A program made the translations under genes and the position numbers. The notes under the pieces were generated by a model. That model made no database searches. It was not told the DNA's origin and saw nothing but the letters and a program-made list of their open reading frames with translations. Below are positions 41,733 through 43,582 of a DNA stretch of 43,582 bases, one piece after another. How positions within the stretch are numbered: position 1 is the first letter of the stretch; each line of letters begins with the position of its first letter. The stretch comes from Gemmatimonadales bacterium (lineage in GTDB: Bacteria > Gemmatimonadota > Gemmatimonadetes > Gemmatimonadales > GWC2-71-9). The stretch covers positions 1 through 43,582 of the forward strand of contig DASTYH010000036.1 in the NCBI GenBank assembly GCA_035765075.1, read 5' to 3'.

Positions 41733-43035
41733 ACCGATGAACGTCGGCTCCACCCCGATCCGCCAGGGATTCTCCGCGCCCGGCATCGCGCTCGGTCTGC
41801 GAGCCAACTGGCGCCAGTTCTGGCTGCTGGTGCTGGTCAACGCATTCGTGGGCGCGATGGTGGGCATGGAGCGAACCGTGCTCCCACTGCTCGCGGAGGC
41901 GGAATTCGGCGTGGCCAGCAAGAGTGCCATCCTCTCGTTCATCGCCACCTTCGGCGTGGTCAAGGCGCTCACCAATTTCCTCGCGGGGCGGCTGGGCGAC
42001 GTGTACGGCCGCCGCCGCGTCCTTCTGGCCGGCTGGCTCGTGGGGTTGCCGGTTCCATTCCTGGTCATCTGGGCACCCAGCTGGTCGTGGATCATCGTCG
42101 CCAACGTGCTCCTGGGCATCAACCAGGGTCTTGCATGGTCCACGACCGTCATCATGAAGATGGACCTCGTGGGCGCGAAGCGGCGCGGCCTGGTGATGGG
42201 CCTCAACGAGTTCGCGGGCTACCTCGCCGTGGCGCTGGCGGCGCTCGGCACCGGGTACCTGGCCCAGGCCTGGGGGCTCAGGCCCGAGCCGTTCTACCTG
42301 GGAATCGCCTGTGCCGCCGCCGGCCTCGCCCTTTCGCTGCTCTTCGTCCGCGAGACGCGCCACCATGCGGCGCTCGAGTCGGGTGACTTCCCCTCGCCGC
42401 CCGGTGCCGCGGGACCAGAGGCGGGGCTCTCCACGCGCGAGATCTTCGCGCGGGCGAGCTGGCGCGATCCCGCCCTCTCGAGCGCGAGCCAGGCGGGCCT
42501 GGTCAACAACCTGAACGATGGCCTCGCGTGGGGGCTGTTCCCCCTCTTCTTTGCAGCCGGGGGGCTGGACGTGGCCCGGATCGGAATCCTGAGCTTCACC
42601 TATCCGGCCGTGTGGGGCCTGCTGCAGCTCGGGACGGGCGCGCTCTCCGACCGCTGGGGTCGCAAGCGGCTCATTGCCGGTGGTATGCTCCTGCAGGGCG
42701 GCGCCCTTGCTGCGGTCGCTCTCGGCCGGGGGTTCTGGCCGTGGGTCGGCGCAGCCGTGGTGCTCGGCGCGGGTACAGCGATGGTCTACCCCACACTGCT
42801 GGCGGCGGTCGGCGATGTGGCGCATCCGCGCTGGCGGGCGTCGGCGGTGGGCGTCTACCGCTTCTGGCGCGACAGCGGGTATGCCGTGGGAGCGCTCCTT
42901 GCCGGCGCCCTGGCCGACGTCTTCGGCATGGCGTGGTCGATCGGCGGCGTCGCCCTGCTCACCGTCGCCTCCGGTGTGCTGGTGATCGTGCGGATGCCCG
43001 AGACGCTCCGCTCCGAGGAGACGCATGTCCCCTGA
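41701..43035 (+). CDS. MFS transporter (12 TM)
   Basis: MFS motif A twice (GRLGDVYGRRRVLL, LSDRWGRKRLI). Alternative start ATG 41737 lies 5 nt after the regulator stop, whereas 41701 overlaps the regulator by 32 nt. Confidence 0.88.
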   Translation: MKSTPVPTTREPMNVGSTPIRQGFSAPGIALGLRANWRQFWLLVLVNAFVGAMVGMERTVLPLLAEAEFGVASKSAILSFIATFGVVKALTNFLAGRLGDVYGRRRVLLAGWLVGLPVPFLVIWAPSWSWIIVANVLLGINQGLAWSTTVIMKMDLVGAKRRGLVMGLNEFAGYLAVALAALGTGYLAQAWGLRPEPFYLGIACAAAGLALSLLFVRETRHHAALESGDFPSPPGAAGPEAGLSTREIFARASWRDPALSSASQAGLVNNLNDGLAWGLFPLFFAAGGLDVARIGILSFTYPAVWGLLQLGTGALSDRWGRKRLIAGGMLLQGGALAAVALGRGFWPWVGAAVVLGAGTAMVYPTLLAAVGDVAHPRWRASAVGVYRFWRDSGYAVGALLAGALADVFGMAWSIGGVALLTVASGVLVIVRMPETLRSEETHVP

Positions 43036-43582
43036 TCCCACCAGGCGTTCCTGCCTCACGGTGTTCGACGCCCTGGTCGATCTTTCCATCGACGAGCAGA
43101 TGGCCTGGCTCGACCGCTTGCCGATCGAGGAGGCCGAGCTGCGCGAGGAGGTGCTGCGCCTGCTGGAGGCGCATCGTCGCTCCGAGGGAATCCTCGAGTC
43201 GCCGCTGGCCCGCCTTGCCGGCGGTCTCGTCGGCGACATGGGACCCTTCCCTCCGGGAGAGACTCCCGAGCGCATCGGACCCTGGCAGATCGTGCGGCCG
43301 ATCGGCCGCGGCGGCATGGCGATGGTATACCTCGCCCAGGACCTCAAGCACGATCGGCCGATCGCGATCAAGGTGCTGCATCCCGAGCTGGCCGTGAGGC
43401 TCGGCCCGGAACGGTTTCAGCGCGAGATCCGGATCGCGGCACAGCTGCAGCATCCGCACATCCTCCCGATCTACGATTCCGGCGCCGATGCGGGAGTGCT
43501 CTGGTTCACGATGCCCTACGTGGAGGGCGAAACGCTGCGCCAGCGGTTGCAGCGTGCGGGAGCGCTCCCGATCCCCGACGCC
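43025..43582 (+). CDS. Ser/Thr protein kinase, N-terminal part (runs off the window)
   Basis: Not in the ORF track because there is no stop. My translation from ATG 43025 reads MSPDPTRRSCLTVFDALVDLSIDEQMAWLDRL...IVRPIGRGGMAMVYLAQDLKHDRPIAIKVLHPEL...FQREIRIAAQLQHPHILPIYDSG. It shows the glycine loop, the VAIK-type lysine and helix C. Confidence 0.85.
   Translation, partial: MSPDPTRRSCLTVFDALVDLSIDEQMAWLDRLPIEEAELREEVLRLLEAHRRSEGILESPLARLAGGLVGDMGPFPPGETPERIGPWQIVRPIGRGGMAMVYLAQDLKHDRPIAIKVLHPELAVRLGPERFQREIRIAAQLQHPHILPIYDSGADAGVLWFTMPYVEGETLRQRLQRAGALPIPDA

Noticed and set aside
32678-43371. Long shadow ORFs 32678..34411 (-), 34386..36236 (+), 36267..38279 (-), 38831..40273 (-), 41031..42206 (-) and 41665..43371 (-).
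   Set aside because: Each is antisense to one or more genes with strong RBS, motifs or paralogy (HdeD, cupin, both Cache proteins, beta-lactamase-family hydrolase, ArsR-rhodanese, MFS). None has recognisable domains.
1-43582. Genomic island, prophage or defence-system signatures.
   Set aside because: I recognised no integrase, transposase, tRNA attachment site, restriction-modification, Cas, toxin-antitoxin or phage structural gene. By eye, base composition is uniform apart from short AT-rich promoter or operator islands.

Overview
This is a very GC-rich bacterial chromosomal segment. I support 42 protein-coding genes, two of them truncated by the window edges. I recognised no rRNA, tRNA, CRISPR array, transposase, integrase or prophage gene. 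The ORF track is full of long Arg/Gly/Pro/Ala-rich antisense 'shadow' ORFs, which are typical of high-GC DNA, and I rejected them. Protein signatures suggest a Gemmatimonadota/Acidobacteriota-like soil bacterium, but this is inference only: ECF sigma plus glycogen-binding-domain partners, many lipoproteins, and a Ser/Thr kinase with QREIRIAAQLQHPHILP.

Gene content, left to right:
- ECF sigma / anti-sigma / outer-membrane operon (1-3515, minus strand).
- Two DUF4382 lipoprotein paralogs.
- A long group-II PLP decarboxylase followed by murB.
- An unknown ORF translationally coupled to a split LigD (polymerase gene plus ligase gene).
- A small minus-strand cluster: DinB, an HhH lipoprotein, a His-rich secreted protein and a CheY-like receiver.
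- GNAT acetyltransferase.
- A tail-anchored AAA+ ATPase.
- An 8.4 kb cyclic beta-1,2-glucan synthase (NdvB/Cgs-like).
- A DUF4142 / PTPS-like / folE operon.
- An HTH regulator plus DUF1460.
- A MarR - DUF1428 - BNR propeller - MoaD-like (C-terminal GG) cluster.
- A galactose-oxidase-like radical copper oxidase lipoprotein.
- Several small envelope or stress proteins (SnoaL-like, coiled-coil, HdeD, cupin, Hsp20).
- Two head-to-head paralogs built only from four tandem Cache domains.
- A beta-lactamase-family hydrolase and a degenerate MBL-fold protein.
- An ArsR-rhodanese regulator plus MFS transporter.
- The start of a Ser/Thr kinase.

The candidates most worth follow-up are:
1. The output-less tetra-Cache paralog pair.
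2. The BNR-propeller / MoaD-like GG pair under MarR.
3. The ECF operon in which both the anti-sigma factor and a putative beta-barrel carry a CBM48-like module.
4. The uncharacterised ORF coupled to the split LigD.
5. A dispersed heptanucleotide repeat family (CAGCGAC/CAGCAAC/CACCAAC) in three intergenic regions.
6. The giant glucan synthase, whose conserved N-terminus has no canonical start codon and sits behind an AT-rich heptad-repeat patch.

None of these is proven from sequence alone.
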